Positions 14,037 through 27,274 of a DNA stretch of 64,000 bases are shown here, one piece after another. This DNA is from Octopus sinensis (lineage: Eukaryota). Location: the NCBI RefSeq assembly GCF_006345805.1, contig NC_042998.1, positions 167,834,001 through 167,898,000 of the forward strand. Reading direction: 5' to 3'. Position 1 is the stretch's first letter, and each line of letters starts with the position of its first letter. The position numbers and the translations under genes are program-made. Under the pieces are notes generated by a model that was given only the letters and a program-made list of their open reading frames with translations, was not told where the DNA came from and made no database searches.

Positions 14037-14142
14037 ATTTCTTACTGACGAATCTAAGGGCCTATGGAAGATTGGCTTGATTTAATTAATCAGGTTAGTT
14101 TACCATTAAACAGTAGATGAAACGGTGCATCGTATAAGAATT
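14037..14142 (+). ncRNA. Type I hammerhead ribozyme motif, copy 4
   Basis: CTGACGA 14045-51, GAAAC 14119-23, GTA 14132-34. One A is missing in the 3' strand of stem I. Predicted cleavage after 14134, 484 nt from the copy 3 site. Confidence 0.8.
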
Positions 14143-14379
14143 ACAGGGTAAAGGTTTTTTAATTTTCTCCTGGTTTACGGAATTAATGTTATTTTGCGGT
14201 TGAAGCTTTGGCTGTTATTTCTAGTGGGTGAATGGCCTATTATGGCCGTTCCTTGATTGTGATGAGGCATACATATATATATATATATATATATACATAT
14301 ATACACAAGTGCTCCGTTCAGTGAGAGATAAATATGAATTTAATACACAACCGAAAGTTCTACTAATAGTAGCTTTGTC

Positions 14380-14447
<68 letters not shown>

Positions 14448-14470
14448 TTATATGCGCGCGCGCGTGTACG

Positions 14471-14505
<35 letters not shown>

Positions 14506-14781
14506 ATGTATGTATATATGTATGTATATATGTAGGTATGCGTGTATGTATGTAGGTAGGAAGGTATGCATGTATGTAGGTAGGTAAGTAGGTAGATATA
14601 GTTGTGCCCTGTATGTGCATATGGTTAAAGATTTGTACGTATATACTTATATATTTATAAACTTACATGTTTGTGTACCAAAACTTAAATATTTGCAATA
14701 TATATATATTTTTATAAACGCATATTGACCTACAGTAACAGTACACAAATAAACATGCATATTTTTTTTTCTTTAGAGCTT

Positions 14782-14812
<31 letters not shown>

Positions 14813-14814
14813 AT

Positions 14815-14845
<31 letters not shown>

Positions 14846-14876
14846 TACATATATATACATATATATATACATATAT

Positions 14877-14920
<44 letters not shown>

Positions 14921-16377
14921 CATACATATGTACATATATACATACATGTATATATATTAACATATATATATATATATGTATACATTTATGTGCATATACT
15001 TATGTATGTATGTATATTATACCAGCTTAAAAATCGGTATATACATAATTAGCCAAGTCTATTTTTAAACGAAGAAGTATTTTCAACCCTCCCTCGTTTC
15101 AAAGGTTGGTGCCTCTTCTCACGTTTAACTTGCCATACCCTATACCTTACCTACACAACATTTTATTCAACCCTTCCTTATCCCTGTACATTTATCTATC
15201 GCACAACGCAGGCGTCTTATTTTTACTTGATTTTTCAAGGGTACAAATTGGATGGAGAAAGAAGCCTTATTTTGCAAGATGATACGGTAACTGAAAAGGG
15301 AGAAGCGTAGCATATTGCATGCCTGGCACATATTTTCACACATCCCTATAAATCCCTTTTCTTTCTCCTAGCCCCTACGATGCGTTAACCCTGATAAAGC
15401 AGTTGACTACCGCTACTGCTGTTACTGTAGCTGCTTATTCTCAGCCTCCCTGTTGTTGTTTAGATAAAACAGCTGTTGCAACATCAGTTCAGGTACATAC
15501 ATATATTGTCACCCCACCGCACTCCACTTCTTTTCCTTCTCTTTTTTCTCTTTTTCTTATTACTATCTGCCTTTCTTCCTATATTTATTTTCTTCTTTCT
15601 TTTTTCCTGCCACGAGCATTCCTTAGAAATCATATATACATTCTTACACAAACATAAGCAGGCATACAGTCACACACGAATAACGTAAATACGTAATTAT
15701 CCACACATACATACATACATACATACATACATACATACATACATACGCGTGCATACACGTACGTCTACGCACGTGCATAGACAAGCACACTCACACACAC
15801 AAGCACACGCACTCACATACACACAGATATGTGTTTGTGTGTGACAAATGAATATGTATATCTGTGTGCGTGTGTGAATACGTATATCTGTGTGAGGGTG
15901 TGCATTCATGTGTGCATATATATATATGAAATCTTTTACTCATTTTAGTCATTACATTGCGGCCATGCTGGGGCACTGCCTCGAAAAAATATGTATGTAT
16001 ATATACATATAAATGTGGGTGTGTGTAAATATATGTATACATATACATATATTATCGTATGTATGTATGCATGTATATATGTGTGTATTTATATAAATTT
16101 ATACAAATAAGGATAAGATCGTTATTTAAATATCGAACTTATCAAGTGGCCAACATGGGAATAAAAACCTTCAAAGATAACAATTATTATTAAAATTATA
16201 ATTTAGGGTATCTAAGAGATACCCACCCGCTGGAAATAGCAGCCAAAACTTGACTCTAAAACAACATTAAATGTTCATACAGCACCAGGAGAGATATGTA
16301 TATTTATATATATAGACATACATATACATATATACCTACATTCATATGTACACACACACACACACATACACACACAC

Positions 16378-16415
<38 letters not shown>

Positions 16416-17648
16416 GCAAGAATACCTGAACTTAGGTCGGTAATTGGTTTGAAGACATGCGGAATTTAACTCGAAAAATGACATTACACAAAACATTTAA
16501 AACATTTTTATTTACTTTTATCTCTTTTAAATGGTTTGTGCATATTTTCTTATGGATTTTATTTGATTTGCTACTACGTTATTGGGTTCTTAGTGTTTTC
16601 TTAAAAATTTTAATTTATATGCTTTTAAATATCTACGTAGAGTCCGTCATAAATTGGAATAAATCGACTGAACTTGAGGTTTATCTATTTATATCTTTTA
16701 TAAATATTATTTTAAAGGAAATATTATGAAAGTAAAAATTATGCTGTCGAAAAAGACGTACCTCGAACCGACGTAAGTTGAGGTATGTCTAATACACACA
16801 TACACAACACATTCTCTCTCTCTTTTTCTCTCTATCTCACAGACACACAGTCTCTCTCTCTTTCTCTTTTCCCTTCTCTCACACACATTCCCTCTCTCTT
16901 TCTCTCTCTCAGACACATATTCACGCGCACACACATATACACGGGCCCGCACTAGAAGATGAGGAAAGAGATGGAGAAAAATTTTGTAAAAGAGGAATGA
17001 GTGAATGAAAGTGAGTTAGATATATAATTAGTTGTTTGTATGTTTACACTAAGCGATATGTTTGTAGGTGCGCATGTTTATGAGAGCCAACGAGAGCGTA
17101 CATAAATGAAGACCCCCCCCCCCCCCATTTCAGGAAAATATTTTAATGAAATACATTCGCTTTCCCTTACTGAAAATGGAATTTAATATTCGTTCTTTTT
17201 ATTCTTTTATTCTTTTGCTTGTTTCAGTCATTTGAATGCGACCATGTTAGAGTAAATCGACTCTACTAGGGCGTATTCTTCGTAAGCCTTGTACTTATTA
17301 TATCGGTCTGTTTTGGCGAACTGCTAAGTTACGTGGATATAAACACACCAGCATCGGTTGTCAAACGCTGGCTGGGGGACAAACACACACACACACACAC
17401 AACACACACACACACACACACACACACATCGTTGCTATTTTTCAAAAGTGTCGTAAGCCTAAAACGTTGCTCTTACAGAAAAATAGTGTGCTTACACTTT
17501 GACAATTTTCGATATCATGGCACCTGAAGCAGCTGGAGATACGATAGTTTGACCAAAAGAACCGGCTCTTGCAAGCAAAAATAAATAATTTAAAAAATAA
17601 TGCATTTGGCCTTATTTGGACACACAACAGTTTAACATTATAGCAACG

Positions 17649-17702
<54 letters not shown>

Positions 17703-19269
17703 GACGGGCTTCTTCTAGTTTCTGTCTACTAAATCCACTCGCATGGAGGCTATAGCAGAAGACACTTGCTCAGGTGTCACGCAGTGAGACTGAACCCGGA
17801 ACCATGTGGTTGAGAAGCAAGCTGCTTACCACACAGCCACACCTGCACCTTTATTTTGTTTATATTAATTTTTTTTCATATATAGTCATATAAGAGAATC
17901 GACAATTTTTAAATATTCATAATTTACCGCTAACTAGGAGCAGGTGTGGCTATCTGGTAAAATGTTTGCTCCCCTCCCTCAAACGGCATGGTTCTAGGTT
18001 CAATCACACAGTGTGACACCTTGAGCGAGTGCCTTCTGTTTTAACCTCTAAAACACAAAAAGCCTTGTGGGTGGAACTGGTACGCGCAGATACATACATG
18101 TATGTGTCTTTGTCTTTGTGACTGCCCCCTACAACTGCTTGTAAACTGGTGTTGGTTTGTTTTCGTCTTCGTACCTTAGTAGTTCGGCAAAAGAGACCAG
18201 CGGAATAGGTATCAGGTTTTAAAAAAAATTTAAATCAATATTAGAATGTTGTGAGGTAGCGAACTGGCAGACTCTTAGCATGCCGGGGAAAATGCTTAGC
18301 GGTATTACGTCCGTCATTATGCTCTGAGTTCAAATTCCGCTGAGATCGACTTTGCCTTGGTCGATAAAATCGACTTAGCCCCACCCGAATTATTTCTGGC
18401 CTTGTGCCTAAATTTGAAGCTATTATTTATTGCACCGAGATCGACTTTGCCTTTCATCCTTTCAAGGTCGTTTAAATAAGTACCAGTTGAGCACTGGGGT
18501 TGATGTAATCGAGTTAGCCCCATCCCAAATTTGCTGACCTTGTGCCTAAATTTGAAACTAATATTTATTACGCCGAGATTGACTTTGCCTTTCATCCGTT
18601 CGGGGTCGATAAAATAAGTACCAGTTGAATACCTGGGTCGATGTAATTGGCTTAACCCTCTTCCTCAAAATTGCTGGCCTTGTGCCCAAATTTGCAGCCA
18701 ATATTAGAAAATCTGGTCAAAGGCGGCGAGCTGGCAGAGTGGTTAGTACGTCGGGCAAAATGCTTAGCGTCATTTCGTCCGTCTTTACGTACCGAGTTTA
18801 AATTCCGTCGAGGTTAGCTTTACCTGTCATCTTTCAGGGTTGATAAAATTAGCACTATTTGAACACTGTGGTCAATTTAATCGACTTGGCTTCTCTCATT
18901 AGCAAGCCGGGTAAAATGCTTAGCGTCATTTCGCCCGTCTTTAGGTTCTGAGTTTAAATTCTGTCGAGGTCAACTTTGCTTTTCATGCTTTGGGTTCGAT
19001 AAAATTAGGACCATTTGAGCACTGAGGCCGATATAATCGATTTGGTCTCTTCCCTAAAACCGCTGACCTTGTACTAAAATCTGAAACTAACATTAGAATG
19101 TTGGATTAGTAGAATCGGTAGAATGAAGCATAGAATGGCTGTGTTTTCTCGAAACTCTTAAAGTTTTGAATTCTAACCTCACCAGGTGCAATGTATAAAT
19201 AAGCAATCAAAGAGAGAGCAGACTTAAATCAACTACAACACAATTTGTAGGTTTCTGCTCGTTTAATAA

Positions 19270-20329
19270 TCTCTCTATATATAAAACTGAGAATGTGTGT
19301 CTGTCTGTCTGTTTGTCTGTCTGTTTGTCTGTTTGTCTGTCTGTCTGTGTGTTTCCCTAAAACTTGAGAACTACACAACCAATTTCATTCAAATTTTACA
19401 CATGCCTTACTTAGGGACCATGTAGTTTCATGAGCTAAAAAAAATGTTCAACTTCTTACCTAGAGCGAGCCCATAGCAATATCATATCTTCTCCACTATT
19501 TCAGTGTTACGTGTTAAAAGTGAAACAAAAACATTTCTCTATTTTCTGTCATATGCTTTCACTTTAACAATAAAAATAATAATAACAATTGAATTATATG
19601 TAGTAAGTAATGATTAAAAATCAAACTAAAGTATAATATAATCGTAACATAACAAAAGTAAAAATAGCAATTGGTATAAAATTGCATCAATGGCTTGAAC
19701 TTGAATAAGTGGTTTCACATGAATGGAAATAAATTAAAAATAAAATTAGCGTGCAGAAATGGAATAGTCCAGATGGATAATAAAAAATTAAATTAAAGAA
19801 AAGGCTATTGTCTATAAAGTATACAATGTAGAGAAAAAAGATTTGAACACCTGGCGGAAAGCACCATCGAAAAGTGTCTTGGTGCGACTATGAAAGATAT
19901 CTAACCAGAGGCGGTAAATTCGCCACAATAGAAGCAAGTTTCGAGTCAACGGAGCGTGCAAGGGAGTACTCGACTCGAACTTGCAAAGTGGAAATATTTT
20001 ATTTTTACCTTTATATCTGGGACGTAGGACGTGCCGGATAAAAATTAAAACTGCCCCCACCCCAAAAGTTGAGGTAGGCTGGATTGTAGCCACACTTCTA
20101 TACAAGAGGGAGGACAAGATTCAATTTATCGAAATTGCAAGAGACGGGCTTACAATTCCAGTCTGTTATATATTTTGAGTATTGTTATCACTAGCGATAT
20201 GAAGATATAACTTTGTATTTTGTATTTTATGTATATATATATAGATGTACATGTAATATGTACACATATATATACACATATATACATGCACTAGCACTAT
20301 GGCCCGGCAACGACGGGTCATAATGCTAG
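19270..20329 (+). mobile_element. Non-autonomous Helitron carrying a captured ORF fragment
   Basis: 5' A|TCTCTCTATATATAAAA; 3' hairpin ggcccggcaacgacgggtc followed by CTAG|T. Internal 19800-20150 is homologous in translation to the ORF1 remnant near 35500-35870. Confidence 0.75.
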
Positions 20330-20708
20330 TTTATTATAAAATCATGTTAGGGCGGCGAGCTGGCAGAACTGTTAGCATGCCAAGCAAAATGCTTAACGGC
20401 ATGTCATTTGCTTTTACGTTTTGAGTTCAAATTTCGCCGAAGTCGATGTTGCCTTTCATCTTTTTCGAGGTCAATAAACTAAGTACCAGTCGATAAAATA
20501 AGTACTTAGGTCGATGTAATCGATTTCCTTCTCCCTTCAAAAACTGATAGGCCCTGTGCCAAAATTTGAAACCATTATTAGACAATGGATTTGTTAATAA
20601 ACATACAATTTGGTATGTATATAAATAAATTTATTTAAAAATAATTGCAAGTTTTCAAATGCAGGTGCATTTTCAACAACAAATTCAATATATATATATA
20701 TTATATAT

Positions 20709-20753
<45 letters not shown>

Positions 20754-20772
20754 TACATATACATACATACAT

Positions 20773-20803
<31 letters not shown>

Positions 20804-20814
20804 TGCAGACAGAC

Positions 20815-20906
<92 letters not shown>

Positions 20907-21676
20907 CAGAAAATTATCTTATGAATTTCATTAGCTTATGGATGTTTCTGCAATAAGATGCAATAGACTCAAAGTTGAGTGCCTGAGTAACTCCTTATGG
21001 CTCCGTCGGAACCTCATATATGAAGAATGTATAGGTCGATTGAGATTAATACTCCGTTGGAAGGATATATATATATATACTGTTGCTCGCAAGTTTTGTA
21101 TCGAATACTTCTCATATTTGTTACGGATATTTATTTCCGTGTTTGTTTGTGTGTGAATTTGAATATATTTTATTCACAGCATTTTATCTATTTTGGGGCG
21201 AGAGAAAAAAAGGATTAGAAAAAAAAAAAAAAAAGCGAAAAAACATCATCGTATATTCCCTCAGTCTGTTAAAGAAATTAATGAAGTCAGTTTGTGTATT
21301 TTCTGTTACGGTTTATTTACTTTCAGTTTCGTGGAGTCGGGGCTATTATATATAGATTTATCTCGCTTCTTCTCAGAAGCTGTGAGCAGTCGACATTATC
21401 ACACACTCTGTGTGCTATATGCGGATGTTTTTAGATGCTTCTGTATGTAGCTTGGTGACTCTAAACGTTGTCTTTGACATGTTTCGCTACCGTGAGAAGT
21501 AAAAATAGAACGATCACCTGCTTGGAACAGTTTTGCCAGCTATCCAAATTTGGTTCTATTTGAGTAAATACCATGGTCTTGTCTTCAATGCCTTGTATGT
21601 ATTTAAGGAGACATATATGTATGAATTTATGTCTGAGTTCAGTTTTGTATACTGACTGATTGTTTTAATTTTATTC

Positions 21677-21765
<89 letters not shown>

Positions 21766-21766
21766 C

Positions 21767-21848
<82 letters not shown>

Positions 21849-21850
21849 AT

Positions 21851-22330
21851 CACTTGAGGAGGAAAGTGAGAGTAGAGAGGCAACTTTTGTCTAGTGAATA
21901 TTTTAAAAAAAGATGGGTGAATGTAGCAAGGATGGCACGTATGAATGACAAAGCCACCTTGACTATGATTCTATGAACCATAAAAATTAATAGTTGCTTA
22001 TTTGCAAAAAAAAAAAAATAAAAGAAAGAAATATAACATGTGACTTCATTGACCGAGGTTACCGTGGTCTTTTCCGTAGGCTTTTCTTTCCACGGGTAAA
22101 CCTCACCTGTCCTCCCCTTTACACTTCATATTGACATTTCTGTGATAACGATCCCTATTGATCAATTTTTTTCCTCTCCCCCTTTTTTAACCCCCCTTTT
22201 TTTTGTCCTCTTTCTCTCCTTTTACGATCCCTTTTAATCGAACACCCCCCCTTTTTTTTACCTTCAAAAGAAAAGCTCTACCTTGTAATTTGTTCTATCT
22301 GTTTGCAGCCCTGTGTGGCTAATAAAGAAA
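21851..22330 (+). mobile_element. 3' end of an L1/Tx1-like LINE
   Basis: [32 protein letters not shown]...IL* resembles an ORF2 C-terminus. It is followed by a T/C-rich 3'UTR ending ggctaataaagaaac, then (TCTA)n. Confidence 0.55.
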
Positions 22331-22332
22331 CA

Positions 22333-22370
<38 letters not shown>

Positions 22371-22396
22371 CCTACCTATCTATCTATCTATCTATA

Positions 22397-22457
<61 letters not shown>

Positions 22458-25380
22458 GCCTGCCTGCCTGCCTGTCTGTCTGTCTGTCTGTTTGTCTCTT
22501 TATCAATATGTAACTATGTATATGAATCTCTCTCTCTCTCTCTCTCCACACACGCAAACACGCATACACACCGCACACATATATATGTAAGCATGATATA
22601 TATATATATATATATGTGTCTATATGCATAAAACTATGCATTCTCGCATACATACACATAACTACACCTATTTATCTATTTAAATGAATCCTTGAATTTA
22701 TCGTTATGTATTTTATTTATATAATCGTGTGTATTATTTTCTTACTCCCTTCGCTTTTTCCTATATAAACATATTCCTACATACACAAACATCTTCAAAC
22801 GCATACTGGCACATAAATATACATACAAGCAGACCCACCATACCACAAAGCAACGGACCGCCTAACAGAACTTATTACTAACCATCTAAGAAATCAATGA
22901 GGAAGCGCCTACGTGCTCGCTCGACAAAAAGAAATAGCAGCGAAAAATTTGAACATCACCCACTTAAGAAAATAGAGTATAAGAGTGGATAAGCTACGAT
23001 ATACTACGCATGAAAAAGACGTGAGGGTCAATGTATGGAATGCTTTTCATACGTATTTTTGATTAGTATTCATTAATTGACAACAAAGGATATGTTAGCA
23101 TACATATGATTAATTAGCTATTTGTTATTACTGGATCAGTTATCTTTCACTTGTTTCCGTTATCAGACTTCGCCCATGGTGGGGCACCGCCTTTGATGGA
23201 CTTTGGTCAATCGAATTGATCGCAGTACTTCTTTTTGAAGCCTAATACCTATTTCATACACACACACACACACACAACGCGTGTGTGTGTATATAGGAAA
23301 ATCAGGAATAATAAAAAACGGTGGGGGGGGGGAATAAATATCAATTAAATGTACACAATGAATGTTTTAGATGACGGTCAGCGAAATTTTTAGATGGAAA
23401 ATTAGGAGTGGAGCTGACATTTTGAGCATGGCTCTTCGTCGGAAGGAGGGAAAAGCCATATATATATTATATATATATATACACACTGAATCCTTTCAAT
23501 TTCCGTCTATTAAATCCACATAAAAGGCTTTGGTCAGCCCGGGGCTATAGCAGACGTTACTTGCCCGAGGAATTACCATGTGGAACTGAACCCGGAACCA
23601 TGTGATTTGAAAGCAAACTTCTTACACAGCCATGCATGCGCTTGAGTTTATAAAAATACAGCAACGAAAAATCTGGATCTAGTTGGTGTGACTGCCAGCA
23701 TTAATTTCTGTTCGAACTGATTTTATATTCAGTGTAATGATACACTTTTATAGGCTAATGAATGACGTGAAAATCATTTTCGCTATAAATCAATAAATAA
23801 AGAGTTGTCAGTAATTAAAGTTTGAAAATTTTGGGGCAATTTCAGCCAATCGTAAGTCACAGACACATCCATACCTGTTAAGCCAAACATAAGAACTCTT
23901 TTGTCAGCGAGAAAGTACTTGTTGACAAACATATTTTACGCGATACCACGTACATTGGCGCTGTGTTCTGTTGCTTGTGCCCATCTACTGCTTGTATCCA
24001 GGTCGTGAGGTGTGCTAAAACTAACAGCTAAATAGGCCTTAAATCAGCCCCTCACCATTAAAACAATTTTTTTTGCATAACCGCATGAATTCCCGTGTGT
24101 AGAGTACAAATTCTCCAAACATTTCTGAAGATTCTCAAATCAAAAAAGTATAAGTGGTTATATGTCGTACGTTAAGCAGAATTTGATTTGTTTACAGTTT
24201 TATATAAAAACACGTGCTATTTTCGCACAAAATAACACGTGCAGTCATGCACAAAATGACAGGTTCCAAATTTTGTTTCCTGACTGGCTGAAAACGATCA
24301 AATTTAAATCTCTATAACTTTTTTAAAATATATATCTGGAAAAAGCGAAATAACGCCAGCAATTCAGCTTGGGAAAGAATATTAATGTGCCAAATTTTAA
24401 AATTTTCGATAAACTTTAATTTTTGAAATGCTGGCAGCCAAGCCAAGTAGATCCAAAAATCTCCCTCAATCCCCACACTACCAATTTAAAAAATAATTCA
24501 TGATCAAAAGTTGATAATTCAAGATATATTACACACAAAAAAATATGATATTGTCACGGTTGGAATGCCCTGTATCATGCATATTTTCGATCTGTAGTTA
24601 AACGACAACGGCAACAGAATACATTAATATACGTACGATTAGCTTTATAAAGTGTTTATCATAATTAGATCCGGTTATATAGAGAAATATTTGAATGAGT
24701 TTGTCACAATTTTGCTTTCTAGCCGGAACTACCGCATACTATTGACTTATTTACCAGTCAACGAAGTGGTTGTTATTATTACCTTGATATAATTCTCTGA
24801 CCGCTTCCCCCTTTCCTTGCGCCAACATTCCACATACTCCCATCCGGCTACATACCTCCTCCTGCCACAACCACTTCCTTATCTTCTCCTATATCTATCT
24901 ACCTTTTCATTTCACTGTAAAACGATCTGATACGTTAGACTTTTATCTATCCACCCTGCCACTACCACATCCTTGCCTTCTATTATATCTATTCTATCTT
25001 TAAATTCCACTGCATAATGATCTCATACGTTAGACTCTTATTTATCCACTCTGACGAAGAAGGCTCTGGACTTTACCAGCGATTATTTGCTTCCATTACT
25101 ACAAATTTTTCATGAACTACGCCTGCCTCATTATGAAGTAACTCCGGACCCTCAGAAACAGCTGTCGGACTTGAAACGATTTCTCTCCTCTAATTCTTTG
25201 AGTCTATGAAATCTGAGTAAGTTTGCTCTATTAAAAAGTATGTGTATATTTATACTTGATTTTCATGTGAAAATTTTGAGTCTGCCTTCTCTTTTTGCAC
25301 ACATACATGTATATATATTTTGTACATTAAGAAGGTTTTATTTGTTCATTTGAACCATTATCTCTCTCTCTTTCTCTCTC

Positions 25381-25413
<33 letters not shown>

Positions 25414-25542
25414 GTGTGTGTATGCATATATGTATCTATAGTCGCAGGCGTGGCACCTTGAGCAAGTGTCTTCTACTAATAGCCTCGGGCCGACCAAAGC
25501 CCGATTTGGATTTGGTAGACTGAAACTGAAAGAGATCCGTCG

Positions 25543-25601
<59 letters not shown>

Positions 25602-25829
25602 CTATATGTGTATCTGTGTTTCTGTGTCTGTGTCCCCCCACCATCGCTTGACAGCCGATGTTGGTGTATTTATGCCCCCGTAACTTACCGGTTCGCCAAA
25701 TGAGACTGATAGAATAAATACTAGGCTTACAAAGAAGTCCTGGGGCTGATTTGTTCGACTAAAGGCGGTGTTCCAGCATGGTCGTAGTCAAATGACTGAA
25801 ACAAGTAAGAGAATATGTATGTGTATATG

Positions 25830-25870
<41 letters not shown>

Positions 25871-25894
25871 ATGTATATAATATCTATCTATACA

Positions 25895-25960
<66 letters not shown>

Positions 25961-26041
25961 ATATATAATATATATATATAAACATATATATATGTATGTA
26001 TGTGTACATATATTTATATTGTATACACACGTACATATATA

Positions 26042-27274
26042 TTGGGTTGGCAAGAAAGTAATGTCGTTTTTCGCAAATACGTAGAGTTATGATTCTTTGA
26101 ATGACTTTTGTCAATCTTATGAATTTTTCATTTTGACATTTGATAGTTGTTACTTTTAGCTTATTTTAGAAGCAAATAGCGCGTAATTTTGTTCACAGCT
26201 GTTTGTTCAGTGTCAATTTTAACATGGAGTACAAAAACGAACGTTTTCACCATATTTGCCTCGTTTATTTCCGGAAGGGCAAGAAAGCTACTGTGTCTCA
26301 CAAAGAGATATGTGAAGTTTATGGTGTTGATTACGTAATAGAACGCACAAGTCAGAAATGGTTTAAAAATTCTATTCTGGAGATGTTTCACTCAAGGTTG
26401 ACCAACGTTCTGGTCGGCCTACTGCAGTCGATGATGATCGAATCAAAGCCATAATTGAATCTGATTGTTATATAACTGCAAGGGATTGCAGAGATGTTAA
26501 ATATATTACACACAATTGAAAATCACTTAAAATGTCTTGGACTCGTTAAGAAGCTCGATATTTGGGTTAAGCATAATTTGAAAGATATTTGCGATATGCA
26601 TCTCTAGCGCAATGAAATCGCCCTTTTTTAAACGAATCATCACCGGTAATGAAAATGGATTGTCTACAATTGCATCATAGTCCATGCGTAATGAACCAAC
26701 ATAAACTACATCAAAAGTTGAATTGCACCAAAAAGTCATGCTGTCAATTTAGTGGGATTACAAAGGTAGTGTGTATTTTGAGCTGCTTCCAAGGACCTAA
26801 ACGATTAATTCAGATGTTTACTGTCAGCAACTAATGAAACTGGAGAAAGCAACCAAAGAAAAACGGCCAAAATTGGCAAATCGTAAAGGAATCATGTTCC
26901 ACCATGACAATACTTGACCACACACGTCTTTGCTTTCCCGGGAAAATTATTGGATCTTGGTTGGGAAGTGATGTCACATCCACCATAGAGCCCTAATCTT
27001 GCACCATCAGATTACCATTTATTTCGAAGTTTGCAAAATTCTTTCAATAGTAAAACTTTCAATAATGGTGATGAGCTGAGATTGCCCTTGCTTCAGTTTT
27101 TGGCTAATAAGGACCAGAAGTTCTAAGAGTGCAGAATCATGAAGTTGCCAGAAAGATGGCAAAAGGTCATCGAACAAAATGGAAAATATATGATTGATTA
27201 AAGTTCTTTCTTTGTATGTGAAAAATGACTTTTATTTCACATTAAAAACCGAAATTACTTTCTTGCCAACCCAA
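26042..27274 (+). mobile_element. Decayed full-length mariner transposon
   Basis: TIRs ttgggttggcaagaaagtaat / attactttcttgccaacccaa with TA on both sides. The transposase from ~26223 has stops and frameshifts and retains WVxHxL-like and HPPxSPNLAPSDYHLF motifs. Confidence 0.92.

Larger units (their letters stand above)
12555..14264. mobile_element. Hammerhead-containing ~487-bp tandem repeat (retrozyme-like / PLE pLTR-derived), two arrays head-to-head
   Basis: Unit start atcaatatagggtggcaaaaaa recurs at 12561 and 13048. After ~13465 the same sequence runs in reverse complement to 14264. Four hammerhead motifs, no credible ORF, flanked by TA/TACA microsatellites. Confidence 0.85.

Noticed and set aside
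12555-14264. CRISPR array, NUMT or protein-coding interpretation of the 487-bp repeat
   Set aside because: No short repeat-spacer alternation, no recognisable mitochondrial gene or tRNA, and no meaningful ORF.
16457-16729. AT-rich hydrophobic ORF as a NUMT or membrane protein
   Set aside because: No recognisable mitochondrial motif; the F/L/I richness follows from T-rich composition.
24885-25175. ~100-bp tandem pair followed by CTGACGA (25051) and GAAAC-AGCT-GTC (25155-66) as a hammerhead
   Set aside because: The two half-cores do not share a consistent stem I or stem II; at best a heavily decayed remnant.
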